From a virus (taxonomy: Duplodnaviria; Caudoviricetes), in IMG/VR virus record IMGVR_UViG_3300030110_001912, positions 1 to 59,530 of that record: DNA of 59,530 nucleotides. One strand, given 5' to 3'. Below, piece by piece: positions 38,631-47,597 of the stretch (the stretch's first letter is position 1; each line of letters begins with the position of its first letter). The notes under the pieces are model-generated. The model had not been told where the DNA came from and searched no databases. It saw only the letters and a program-made list of their open reading frames with translations. The position numbers and the translations under genes were made by a program.

Positions 38631-39542
38631 ATGGCAATATCTAGAAGTCAATTAGTCAAAGAGTTAGAGCCTGGTTTAAACGCCTTGTTCGGACTTGAAT
38701 ATAATCGTTACGAAAATGAACATGCAGAAATTTTTGTATCTGAAACCTCTGACAGAGCTTTTGAAGAAGAAGTAATGTTAAGTGGTTTTGGTTCAGCTCC
38801 AGTAAAGTCAGAAGGTGCAAATGTAACTTTTGACCAAGCTACTGAATCATTCACAGCTAGATACACACACGAAACTATCGCAATGGCTTTTGCAATTACT
38901 GAAGAAGCTATTGAAGATAATTTGTATGACAGATTAGCTGGTAGATACACAAGAGCTTTAGCTAGAAGTATGGCTAATACTAAACAAGTGAAAGCTGCTA
39001 ATGTTCTAAATAATGCTTTCAGCAGTAGTTTTACTGGTGGAGATGGTAAAGAGCTTTGTGCTACTGACCATCCTCTAGCTAGTGGCGGAACTCTTGCAAA
39101 TGAGTTAAGTACAGCTGCTGATTTAAGCGAAACATCTTTGGAACAGTCATTAATTGATATAGCTGCTTTCGTAGATGAGAGAGGTTTAAAAATAGCTCTT
39201 CAAGGTGTGAAGTTAATAATTCCAAAAGAATTACAATTCACAGCAGAAAGAATTATGAAATCTCCACAAAGAGTCGGTACTGCTGATAACGACATCAACG
39301 CTATGGCAAACATGGGTATGATCCCACAAGGCTATAGAGTTAATCATTATTTAACAGATACTGATGCTTTCTTCATTATGACAGATGCACCTAACGGACT
39401 TAAACAATTTGTTAGAAGTCCTATTAAGACTGCAATCGAAGGAGACTTTGATTCTGGTAATGTAAGATTTAAAGCAAGAGAAAGATATTCTTTTGGGTTC
39501 TCTGACCCAAGAGGTATTTTCGGCTCACCTGGTGCAGCTTAA
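38631..39542 (+). CDS. Major capsid protein
   Basis: ITEEAIEDNLY, GDG..L...HP, RERYSFG.SDPR; biased codons; followed by a terminator. Confidence 0.92.
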   Translation: MAISRSQLVKELEPGLNALFGLEYNRYENEHAEIFVSETSDRAFEEEVMLSGFGSAPVKSEGANVTFDQATESFTARYTHETIAMAFAITEEAIEDNLYDRLAGRYTRALARSMANTKQVKAANVLNNAFSSSFTGGDGKELCATDHPLASGGTLANELSTAADLSETSLEQSLIDIAAFVDERGLKIALQGVKLIIPKELQFTAERIMKSPQRVGTADNDINAMANMGMIPQGYRVNHYLTDTDAFFIMTDAPNGLKQFVRSPIKTAIEGDFDSGNVRFKARERYSFGFSDPRGIFGSPGAA

Positions 39543-39564
39543 TCTCTCTAAATAATCGGTTGAT

Positions 39565-39594
39565 AAGAAGGGGTCTTAATGACCCCTTTTTTTT
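39565..39594 (+). terminator. Intrinsic terminator after the capsid gene
   Basis: AAGGGGTC-ttaat-GACCCCTT plus T-run. Confidence 0.9.
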
Positions 39595-39676
39595 GCTTAA
39601 ACCGAACTGATTCGTATTTTTTACAATTTAGTAATATTACAAAAATGTAGCTTTTCTGCACCTTACAAAGTTATAT

Positions 39677-39705
39677 TTGCAAATCTCATCATATTTCATT
39701 ATAAT
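39677..39705 (+). promoter_or_regulatory. Sigma70-like promoter of an inserted cassette
   Basis: TTGCAA-N17-TATAAT; AACAAAGGAG leader. Confidence 0.75.
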
Positions 39706-39733
39706 AATATTATAAACAAAGGAGATTAAAAAA

Positions 39734-39931
39734 ATGACAAAAGAGATGAAAGATAGAATTGCTATGTGGAAAGATATGGCAGATCACTTTAAAAAAGAAA
39801 TAAACTTTTACGAAAATACTAAAGTACCTAATATTGTTGAGCACGTAAAAATAAATAAGGGTTGTTATGAAAAAGTAAAAGCAGAAATAAAACGAATAGA
39901 AAGCCAAATAAATAATCAGGAGATTGCATAA
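39734..39931 (+). CDS. Small hypothetical protein (moron-like cassette)
   Basis: Own promoter and RBS. Confidence 0.65.
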   Translation: MTKEMKDRIAMWKDMADHFKKEINFYENTKVPNIVEHVKINKGCYEKVKAEIKRIESQINNQEIA

Positions 39932-40236
39932 TGACAAACTACATAAATGAGGAAGAACAATTTCCTAGATGGCTTATAGAAGAGCAACTAGCACAACAAA
40001 AGAAAGATGCAAAGTATCTTGTGAAATATAATAAAAGACAAGTAGAAAAAGAAAAACTAATATTAGCATATTTAGAAAAATCTTTAATGTTACCTAAATT
40101 AAGTGCTTATCTAGAAAAACATGGTGGAGGTACTCTTGAAGGCACATTAAATGCTATTGATGAAACTAGAGATAAAATAAGGATGTATAGAAGAGAAGTG
40201 ATGCTTTACGTAAAATATTTAAGGGAGGTAGCATAA
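39931..40236 (+). CDS. Small hypothetical protein (moron-like cassette)
   Basis: TAATG coupling, GGAG RBS. Confidence 0.65.
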   Translation: MTNYINEEEQFPRWLIEEQLAQQKKDAKYLVKYNKRQVEKEKLILAYLEKSLMLPKLSAYLEKHGGGTLEGTLNAIDETRDKIRMYRREVMLYVKYLREVA

Positions 40237-40268
40237 TTGGTTAAATAAAAGTTATCATAAACTAAATC

Positions 40269-40300
40269 AAAAGAGGGCTTACATAGTCCTCTTTTTTTTT
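40269..40300 (+). terminator. Intrinsic terminator closing the cassette
   Basis: AAAAGAGGGCT-tacat-AGTCCTCTTTT plus T-run. Confidence 0.8.
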
Positions 40301-40390
40301 GTATACTTTAATTACCAAGAAATTTATAACTGATATAGACTGGCTTGGCAGACACCCTAGAGGACTATATCTTTTACTAGGAGATAAATT

Positions 40391-41509
40391 ATGGCGACAA
40401 CAACTTTCTCAGGTCCTATAAGATCTGAAAATGGTATGAAGCTTATAAGCAAGAATACCACAACAGGAAAAATTAGAGATAGGTCTAGAGGTGATTATCC
40501 TCAAGATTCTAGAAGATATGACTTGTGGGAATACTTTAATCAACTACCAGCATTAAATGGTTATCTTACTGCATCCGAAACTAAAGATTTTGGAAGTATT
40601 GCCGATGGTGATGAAGAGGCAGAAGAGGTTACAGTTACTGGTGCTGCATTAGGAGATTTTGCAGTAGCATCTTTAAGTATCGATAGCACTGATTTAGTAG
40701 TAACAGCTGGAGTAACAGCTGCCAATACAGTTACAGTTGTAGTATTAAACAATACAGGTGGTGCAATAGATTTAGGTTCTGCAACTTTAGCAGTAAGAGT
40801 TTTCAAACAAGGTAATGTTACTTTTGATAAAAATAAAGATTTTGAAGTATTAGGCACTAATATGACTGATGCTTTAGTGGCTTTTCCTACTGCTCACGCA
40901 GGTATGAAAATGACAACGGCAGGTGCTGACCAAGACCAATCTATATTAGCACCTCATTTAGATTCAGGGCAAACTGCTTGGACTGGTGTTTTGTGGGGAA
41001 CAGAAAACTCTATTAGATATGAAACTTCTATAGATATAACTAATATTACAAATGTAAAAGTTTGGGGTGGTTTTAAGTTAACCAATGATCAATTGATAGC
41101 AACTGATGCCGACCAACTATTTTTTAAATTTCAAACTGATGCTACTAATAGTGAAACATTTGCTGATTTTACAAAATTGCATTTTATTCATTCAATTGGT
41201 GGAACAGATTTTATATCACAATTACCAATCACAGTTGCAGCTAATACACAAATACATTTAGTTATTGAAGTAGATGCTAATAGACAAGCTACTATTTTTG
41301 TAAATGGACTACAGTACAATGTAACTAGCACTTCTGGAACTACTGGTACTGCGGTTACAGAAGTAGGACCAAGTCAAGTAGCTACAAAAACAGGTGCTTT
41401 AACTGATGATGTAGATTTTATACCTTATGTAGGAATAGAGGCAGGTGCTGCAGAAGCTAAAACTTTAAATGTTCAATATTTAAGTTGTAGTAGAAATGTT
41501 TTTGAATAG
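40391..41509 (+). CDS. Putative virion (head fibre/decoration) protein
   Basis: MATTTFSGPIRS N-terminus; T/G/A-rich beta protein. Confidence 0.65.
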   Translation: MATTTFSGPIRSENGMKLISKNTTTGKIRDRSRGDYPQDSRRYDLWEYFNQLPALNGYLTASETKDFGSIADGDEEAEEVTVTGAALGDFAVASLSIDSTDLVVTAGVTAANTVTVVVLNNTGGAIDLGSATLAVRVFKQGNVTFDKNKDFEVLGTNMTDALVAFPTAHAGMKMTTAGADQDQSILAPHLDSGQTAWTGVLWGTENSIRYETSIDITNITNVKVWGGFKLTNDQLIATDADQLFFKFQTDATNSETFADFTKLHFIHSIGGTDFISQLPITVAANTQIHLVIEVDANRQATIFVNGLQYNVTSTSGTTGTAVTEVGPSQVATKTGALTDDVDFIPYVGIEAGAAEAKTLNVQYLSCSRNVFE

Positions 41510-41519
41510 GAGATAAATT

Positions 41520-42122
41520 ATGGGTTTACAACTACAAGTTAAATCTTTCAAACCTATTGCAGCCTCAACTACAAGTGTGGCTTCAGCTCAAACTACTGGA
41601 GGTGCAGCCAACTTAACTTTAGCTGGTACGGCTTCAACTTTTAATGGAACTAATACGGCTGCTCTTGTGTCTTTTACCTCAACTGGTAATATTTCAGGTG
41701 TAAATTTTACTATTACAGGTACTGATATAAATGGAGATGCTCAAGAAGAAACAAGAGCTGGTCCTAACAATACTACAGTGTTTTCAAGTAAATTTTTTTT
41801 AACTGTAACACAAATTGCTACATCTGGTGCTGTGGGAACAAACACATCAGCAGGTAATTCTCATCATTGTTTAGGAGCAATATTTTCAGGAGCAAATAGA
41901 GTAAAAGGGTTTAATGCAACTTCTGGAGGAACTGCTAATGCAGAAATAAAGTTTCGTGAAACTTCTGGAGCTGGAACTGTAAAATTCTTTTACTCTTCTG
42001 CGACTACAACACAAGATTATTTAGAACCTTATATACCTGATGAAGGAGTATTATTTAGAGGTGGTTCTTATATTGAGATGGTAAGTGGAAGTGTGGTAGT
42101 AGCTACTGTTTATTATGGATAA
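41520..42122 (+). CDS. Putative virion structural protein
   Basis: T/G/S/A-rich; IPDEGVLF C-terminal motif. Confidence 0.6.
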   Translation: MGLQLQVKSFKPIAASTTSVASAQTTGGAANLTLAGTASTFNGTNTAALVSFTSTGNISGVNFTITGTDINGDAQEETRAGPNNTTVFSSKFFLTVTQIATSGAVGTNTSAGNSHHCLGAIFSGANRVKGFNATSGGTANAEIKFRETSGAGTVKFFYSSATTTQDYLEPYIPDEGVLFRGGSYIEMVSGSVVVATVYYG

Positions 42123-42423
42123 ATACACAGAGGATTTATTAGGTTTAAAAAATGGTGGCATGCCACGAAGAACTAAGAAAAATTTTAGACCTACTAAATC
42201 TGGAGCTGGTATGACAGAGGCAGGAGTTCAAGCTTATAGAAGAAAAAATCCCGGTTCTAAATTACAAACAGCAGTAACAAAGAAGAAAAATTTATCTAAA
42301 AAAGACAAAGCAAGAAGAAAATCTTTTTGTGCTAGAAGTTTGGGTCAGATGAAAAAATTTCCTAAAGCTGCTAAAGATCCTAATTCTAGATTGAGGCAAG
42401 CGAGAAAAAGGTGGAGATGTTAA
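42115..42423 (+). CDS. Small basic protein
   Basis: NPGSKL..RRKSFCAR..DPNSR..RWRC. Confidence 0.7.
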   Translation: MDKYTEDLLGLKNGGMPRRTKKNFRPTKSGAGMTEAGVQAYRRKNPGSKLQTAVTKKKNLSKKDKARRKSFCARSLGQMKKFPKAAKDPNSRLRQARKRWRC

Positions 42424-42882
42424 TTGAAGTTATCTAAAAATTTTAGTCTGCATGAATTTACTAAATCGCAAACAGCGATTAGACATAACATAGATAACAA
42501 ACCAACAGAAAAACAAATATTTAATTTACGTAATTTATGTGTACATGTTTTACAACCAGTGCGGAATAATTTTTTACAACCAGTAATAATATCCTCTGGT
42601 TTTAGATGTGTAGAACTTAATATTAAAATTGGTAGTGGTATTAAGTCACAACATGTGCAAGGTCAAGCAGCGGACATTGAAGTGGTGGGAGTAGATAATT
42701 CTCATCTAGCTAATTACATAAATGATAATTTAAAATACGATCAATTAATTTTAGAATTTTATGATGGAGTTGACCCACATTCTGGTTGGGTTCATGTATC
42801 TTACAGTACAGAAAACAATAGACTAAAATATATGGAAGCTTATAAAAATGAAGAAGGCAAAACAAAATATAGGATGATGTAA
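42424..42882 (+). CDS. Peptidase M15A-like (endolysin candidate)
   Basis: LSKNFSL.EF, SSGFR, SQH..GQAADI, WVHVS. Confidence 0.88.
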   Translation: MKLSKNFSLHEFTKSQTAIRHNIDNKPTEKQIFNLRNLCVHVLQPVRNNFLQPVIISSGFRCVELNIKIGSGIKSQHVQGQAADIEVVGVDNSHLANYINDNLKYDQLILEFYDGVDPHSGWVHVSYSTENNRLKYMEAYKNEEGKTKYRMM

Positions 42883-43010
42883 TGAACTCTGTAACACCAG
42901 AACTAATTGAAACACTACATAATATATCTTGGTTTGATGGTATCTGTTATATTTTATTAGGTTTAGGAACATACGCAGTGTATAGATGGATAAGAAGTAA
43001 ATGGCAATAG
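42882..43010 (+). CDS. Small membrane peptide (not in ORF track)
   Basis: 42 aa, one TM helix, TAATG coupling. Confidence 0.5.
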   Translation: MNSVTPELIETLHNISWFDGICYILLGLGTYAVYRWIRSKWQ

Positions 43011-43177
43011 GTAGAAGTCAAATGAGGAAACAAATATCTAATCCTCCACAGAAAAAAAAATGGACAAGAAAAAGAAAAGCTAGTATAAATTGTGCTAAAC
43101 CAAAAGGATTTAGTGAAAGAGCTCATTGTGCAGGAAAAAGAAAAAGCTTGGGTAATAAAAAAAGTTCTAAGCGATAA
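43001..43177 (+). CDS. Small basic Cys-containing protein (not in ORF track)
   Basis: MAIGRSQM...INCAKPKGFSERAHCAG, 58 aa. Confidence 0.6.
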   Translation: MAIGRSQMRKQISNPPQKKKWTRKRKASINCAKPKGFSERAHCAGKRKSLGNKKSSKR

Positions 43178-43733
43178 AGAATGTAATTTTATTAAAAATT
43201 ATTTTTTTTTAAAAAAAAGAATACTAGATTTTAGATTAACAAATAATATCTCTTACCCCAAAGAAGAGAGAAAATTTGGTTGGGGTCATTATGGCGATGA
43301 CCAATGCACAGAAAAAACATATTGTAATTACGGAGATATATTAAACGATTTATATTTATTACAGTTTTTACCAATTGTAAAAAAATATTCAAAAGAAGAA
43401 ATTTATCCAACTTATACTTATATGAGAATTTATAATAAAGGTGCAGTTTTAAAAAAACATAAAGACAGACCTTCATGCTACATATCTACAACTTTATTTG
43501 TAAGTGGACAACCTTGGAAAATTCATATTGGAGACAAAGAATATTCTTTAGAGGTGGGGGATATGGTTATTTATAAAGGTTTTGAAGTTGAACATTGGAG
43601 AAATGAGTTTAAAGGAGATTATTGTTTACAAATTTTTTTTCATTTTGCTAAAGATAAAAAATTAATGTTTGATACTAGAACCATGCCTGGTTTACAAGAT
43701 TACGACTATAATGAAAAGTTAAGAAATGGATAA
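43092..43733 (+). CDS. 2OG-Fe(II) oxygenase
   Basis: PTY.YMRIY..L.KHKDR..GDM.IY.G..HWR; start uncertain. Confidence 0.8.
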   Translation: MLNQKDLVKELIVQEKEKAWVIKKVLSDKECNFIKNYFFLKKRILDFRLTNNISYPKEERKFGWGHYGDDQCTEKTYCNYGDILNDLYLLQFLPIVKKYSKEEIYPTYTYMRIYNKGAVLKKHKDRPSCYISTTLFVSGQPWKIHIGDKEYSLEVGDMVIYKGFEVEHWRNEFKGDYCLQIFFHFAKDKKLMFDTRTMPGLQDYDYNEKLRNG

Positions 43734-44211
43734 TGAAATAAAAATATATGAAAATTTATTACCTCCTGAAGTATTAAAACATTTACATAATTTTGTATTA
43801 TTTAATAATGAACATTGGTATGGTCATACATCTAAACACGATTCTAATAAATTTTTTTATTACAAAGATTTTTCCGACAATATTTATTTAGCTGATACTA
43901 TTTTTCAAACTATATTAGATAGAACAGCTATGCCTTTAAGATATAATAGAGTGTATGCTAACATACAACATGTTTGTCAAGACGGTGATTTTCACATAGA
44001 TGCACACGAAAATAATGCTTATACTTGTATGATTATGCTAAGTAATACATTACCAGAAAATTCTGGTTGTTTTTGCACTAAAGAACAAAAATATCCATTT
44101 ATACAAAATAATTTACTTGTATTTAAATCAAGTATTTTACATATGGGAGAAGCTCCAAAACAAGGTAGAGAACCTAGAATAAGTTTTGTGTATAAAACTC
44201 TTGCTCATTAG
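43726..44211 (+). CDS. 2OG-Fe(II) oxygenase
   Basis: HID...LH...RIS. Confidence 0.78.
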   Translation: MDNEIKIYENLLPPEVLKHLHNFVLFNNEHWYGHTSKHDSNKFFYYKDFSDNIYLADTIFQTILDRTAMPLRYNRVYANIQHVCQDGDFHIDAHENNAYTCMIMLSNTLPENSGCFCTKEQKYPFIQNNLLVFKSSILHMGEAPKQGREPRISFVYKTLAH

Positions 44212-44266
44212 TAGACATATTGAGTTTGTCATTCTATAATAATAGAATAATATACAAAGGTGATTT

Positions 44267-44548
44267 ATGACTAAATTATGTCCAAGAGGAAAAAAAGCAG
44301 CTAAAGCAAAATTTTCAGTTTATCCCAGTGCATATGCTAATAGCTACGCATCAAAAATATGTGCAGGTAAAATTAAAGACCCAAGTGGTGTAAAACGAAA
44401 AGATTTTAAAGGACCAAAACCTGTAAAGACTGGAGATTTAATTAGCACTTACAAAGGACATGAGGTAACTAAAAGTCCTTTACAAGGAGATTATGGTGTA
44501 AATAAAAGTGCACAACTGTATTATAAAGATTTACTCAAGATGTCTTAA
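44267..44548 (+). CDS. Small basic protein
   Basis: KLCPRGK.AAK.KF.VYPSAYAN; promoter-like TAGACA-N17-TATAAT upstream. Confidence 0.7.
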   Translation: MTKLCPRGKKAAKAKFSVYPSAYANSYASKICAGKIKDPSGVKRKDFKGPKPVKTGDLISTYKGHEVTKSPLQGDYGVNKSAQLYYKDLLKMS

Positions 44549-44841
44549 TGGCAAAAAGTGGTTTAAAAAAATGGTTTGCTCAAAAGTGGGTAGACATAGG
44601 AAGTAAAAAAAAAGATGGTTCATTTGCACCTTGTGGAAGAAGTAAGCAAAAAGCAGATGCGAAAAGAAAATATCCTAAATGTGTTCCTTTAGCAAAAGCT
44701 AGAAGAATGAGTGAAGGACAAAGAAAAAGTGCAGTGAGCAGAAAAAGAGCAAAAGCTCAAGGTGTTGGTGGCAAACCAACAAATGTTAAAACTTTTGCAG
44801 TCGAAGGTGGACTAGCAGATTATTATAAAGGAATATTGTGA
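44548..44841 (+). CDS. Small basic protein
   Basis: GL.KWF..KWVD..CGR..YPKCVP. Confidence 0.7.
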   Translation: MAKSGLKKWFAQKWVDIGSKKKDGSFAPCGRSKQKADAKRKYPKCVPLAKARRMSEGQRKSAVSRKRAKAQGVGGKPTNVKTFAVEGGLADYYKGIL

Positions 44842-45383
44842 TGAGTGTACTAGATTATATAAAAAAAGCTAAAAAGAAAAATAAAAAAACAACTTTAGCA
44901 AAAGGTATGAAAGATGGCGATACTGTTGTAGTAGATGGTAGAAAAATACCAGTTATAAAAGCTGAAAGTGATGAACTTAAAAGAAAACCAACAAAAAAAG
45001 AAATGCAAGAAGATAGAGCTAAAAATAGACCTTCTCGTAATATAACAGGAGACAGAGGTAAACAGAGAAAAAGAAAAAAATTAGTGAGAGATATGATGAC
45101 AACAGGTTTGTTAGGAGCAGGTCTTGGTAGAAAGTTTGGAGTTAAAAACCAATTTATGCAACAACAAAAACCATTAGGAAAAGTAGGTAAAAAAACTGGT
45201 GATATGATACTTTCTTCCAAAGCTGATTTAGATGGAGATGGTATGTTTAGTGAATACGAAAAGAAAAGAGGTATGGCAGTTCAAAAAGCTATGGCAGAAA
45301 ACAGTAAACCAACAAAAGTTGTTAAAGCAAGTCAAGGTGGCGGTATAGCTATTCGTGGAACAAATTTTAAAGGTGTATTTTAG
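44838..45383 (+). CDS. Basic low-complexity protein
   Basis: K-rich; DLDGDG.FSEYE motif; ends FKGVF. Confidence 0.65.
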   Translation: MMSVLDYIKKAKKKNKKTTLAKGMKDGDTVVVDGRKIPVIKAESDELKRKPTKKEMQEDRAKNRPSRNITGDRGKQRKRKKLVRDMMTTGLLGAGLGRKFGVKNQFMQQQKPLGKVGKKTGDMILSSKADLDGDGMFSEYEKKRGMAVQKAMAENSKPTKVVKASQGGGIAIRGTNFKGVF

Positions 45384-45391
45384 GATAAGTT

Positions 45392-46081
45392 ATGGCAACT
45401 TCTGGAACAACAGCATTTGATTTAGATATAGATGAAATTATTCAGGAAGCTTATGAAAGATGTGGTGTAAGAACTAATTCTGGTTATGATTTAAAATCTG
45501 CTAGAAGAAGTTTAAATATTCTTTTTAGTGAATGGGGAAACAGAGGGGTACATTTATGGAAAGTAGAATTAAAAGAACAATTACTAACAGCAGGCACAGC
45601 TACTTATACAGCACCTACCAATGCAAATGATATACTAGAGGCTTATGTATCAACTACAACAAGTACAACAACTGCAACTAATGATGTATCTTTAACTAAA
45701 ATATCAAGAAGTGAATATGCAGCTTTATCCAATAAGGGTTCTAGAGGGCAACCAAGTCAATATTATGTTGACAGACAAACAACACCAACAATAACTTTGT
45801 ATCAAACACCAGATGCAACTACCTATACTTATATAAAATATTATTATTTAAAAAGAATAGAAGATGCTGGAGCATATACTAATCAAGGAGATGTTGTATT
45901 TCGTTTTATTCCTTGTATGGTAGCTGGGTTAGCATATTATTTAGCGATGAAAAAAAATCCAAATTTAGTTTCTCAAAATAAACAAATTTATGAAGATGAA
46001 TTGCAAAGAGCTTTAACAGAAGATGGACAAAGAACTTCTGTTTATATTTCACCACAATCTTATTTTCCTCAAGGTGCATAA
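45392..46081 (+). CDS. Head-tail adaptor-like protein
   Basis: EAYERCG, ARRSLN...W.NRG..LW, G.P..YY motifs; position. Confidence 0.7.
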   Translation: MATSGTTAFDLDIDEIIQEAYERCGVRTNSGYDLKSARRSLNILFSEWGNRGVHLWKVELKEQLLTAGTATYTAPTNANDILEAYVSTTTSTTTATNDVSLTKISRSEYAALSNKGSRGQPSQYYVDRQTTPTITLYQTPDATTYTYIKYYYLKRIEDAGAYTNQGDVVFRFIPCMVAGLAYYLAMKKNPNLVSQNKQIYEDELQRALTEDGQRTSVYISPQSYFPQGA

Positions 46082-46461
46082 TGGCTTACGCAAGAGGTAA
46101 ATACGCAAAAGCAATATCTGATAGATCAGGATTGGCTTTTCCTTACAATGAAATGGTTAAAGAATGGAATGGATCTTTTGTTCATAAATCAGAGTTTGAG
46201 CCAAAACATCCACAAATTAGAAGAAAACATATTAAAGCGGATCCAATTGCTTTAGCAAACGCTAGACCTAGACCAAAAGATGATGAAAAACAATTTGTTT
46301 TATATATAAGTAGTGGTTTTTTTGCAGAGACTGGAGATAGCGGAATTAACAGTGGAGCTAGTATGACTGTAGCTGATAGTAAGGATATACTTGGCACAAC
46401 TTTAACTTCATTTGAACTAACATCATCTGTCGGAACAAATTTTACAATAGTAATATCATGA
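46081..46461 (+). CDS. Putative virion protein
   Basis: AISDRSG, EPKHPQ, NARP motifs. Confidence 0.6.
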   Translation: MAYARGKYAKAISDRSGLAFPYNEMVKEWNGSFVHKSEFEPKHPQIRRKHIKADPIALANARPRPKDDEKQFVLYISSGFFAETGDSGINSGASMTVADSKDILGTTLTSFELTSSVGTNFTIVIS

Positions 46462-47129
46462 GTATTTCACACGCTAATTTTTTAACACAAATAAGAAATT
46501 ATACGGAAGTAAGCTCAAGTGTTTTATCCGATACTTTAATTGATCAATTTATTAGAAATACAGAATTAGATATAGCTGGAAAAGTTGATTACGATGATAT
46601 TAGAAAGTATGTGCTAGCTCAAACTGTAGCTAGCCAAAGATATTTAAATAGACCAGATGATGAATTAGTTATAAGGTCTGTTCAAATCATTAGTAGTAGC
46701 ACAAGAGATTTTTTAGAAAAAAGAGATACATCTTTTATTGCTGAATTTAATCCTACTGATGCCACAGGACAACCAAAATATTATGCTAACTGGAATGAAA
46801 ATGTTTTTTTACTAGCTCCAGTTCCTGATCAAGCATATGACATACAACTAAACTATATTAAAAATCCTCCTCATTTTGCGTCTACTGGTGATTCAACCGC
46901 AAATTTTGCAGAAACTTATTTATCAAAATTTCAAGAGCATATGTTGCTTCATGGAGTATTAACAGAATGTTTTAGCTATTTAAAAGGTCCAGTTGATATG
47001 TACAACTTATATAAAACAAAGTATAATGAAGAAATACAAGACTTTGCATTGCAACAAATGGGTCGAAGAAGAAGAGCCGAGTATGATGATGGTGTTCCAA
47101 GAATACAAGTAGCTTCTCCTTCACCTTAA
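46458..47129 (+). CDS. Second adaptor/tail tubular-like protein
   Basis: FI...E..I, GQPKYYA, LAP.PD..Y motifs. Confidence 0.65.
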   Translation: MSISHANFLTQIRNYTEVSSSVLSDTLIDQFIRNTELDIAGKVDYDDIRKYVLAQTVASQRYLNRPDDELVIRSVQIISSSTRDFLEKRDTSFIAEFNPTDATGQPKYYANWNENVFLLAPVPDQAYDIQLNYIKNPPHFASTGDSTANFAETYLSKFQEHMLLHGVLTECFSYLKGPVDMYNLYKTKYNEEIQDFALQQMGRRRRAEYDDGVPRIQVASPSP

Positions 47130-47150
47130 AACTAAAAAGGAGATTAAAAT

Positions 47151-47588
47151 ATGGCAATAACAACAAGTGTGGTATGTAATGTATTTAAAAGAGATGTCTT
47201 AAAAGGAGTACATAACTTTACCAATCCTGGTGGAAACACTTTCAAATTAAGTATGTATACTAGTTCTGCAACTTTAGGAAAATCAACTACTTCATTTACT
47301 TCAGACAATCAAGTCACATCACCCTCTGGTTATTCTAGTGGTGGAAGTGCATTGGTTCCTGTTACACCAACTTTAAGTACAGATACAGCTGTTGTAGATT
47401 TTGCAGATTTATCTTTTGTTGGAGTTACTCTTACAGCAAGAGGAGCAGTTATATACAACGACACCGCAAGTGGTGACCCAGCAGTAGCTGTGTTAGATTT
47501 TGGTGGAGATAAAACTGCTACATCTGGAACATTTACAATACAATTTCCAACTGCTGATGCTTCAAATGCTATTTTAAGAATCGCATAG
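47151..47588 (+). CDS. Putative tail structural protein
   Basis: FK..L.G.H.F, GY..GG, ARGA.IYN, LDFGGDK. Confidence 0.65.
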   Translation: MAITTSVVCNVFKRDVLKGVHNFTNPGGNTFKLSMYTSSATLGKSTTSFTSDNQVTSPSGYSSGGSALVPVTPTLSTDTAVVDFADLSFVGVTLTARGAVIYNDTASGDPAVAVLDFGGDKTATSGTFTIQFPTADASNAILRIA

Positions 47589-47597
47589 GTTTAAATT

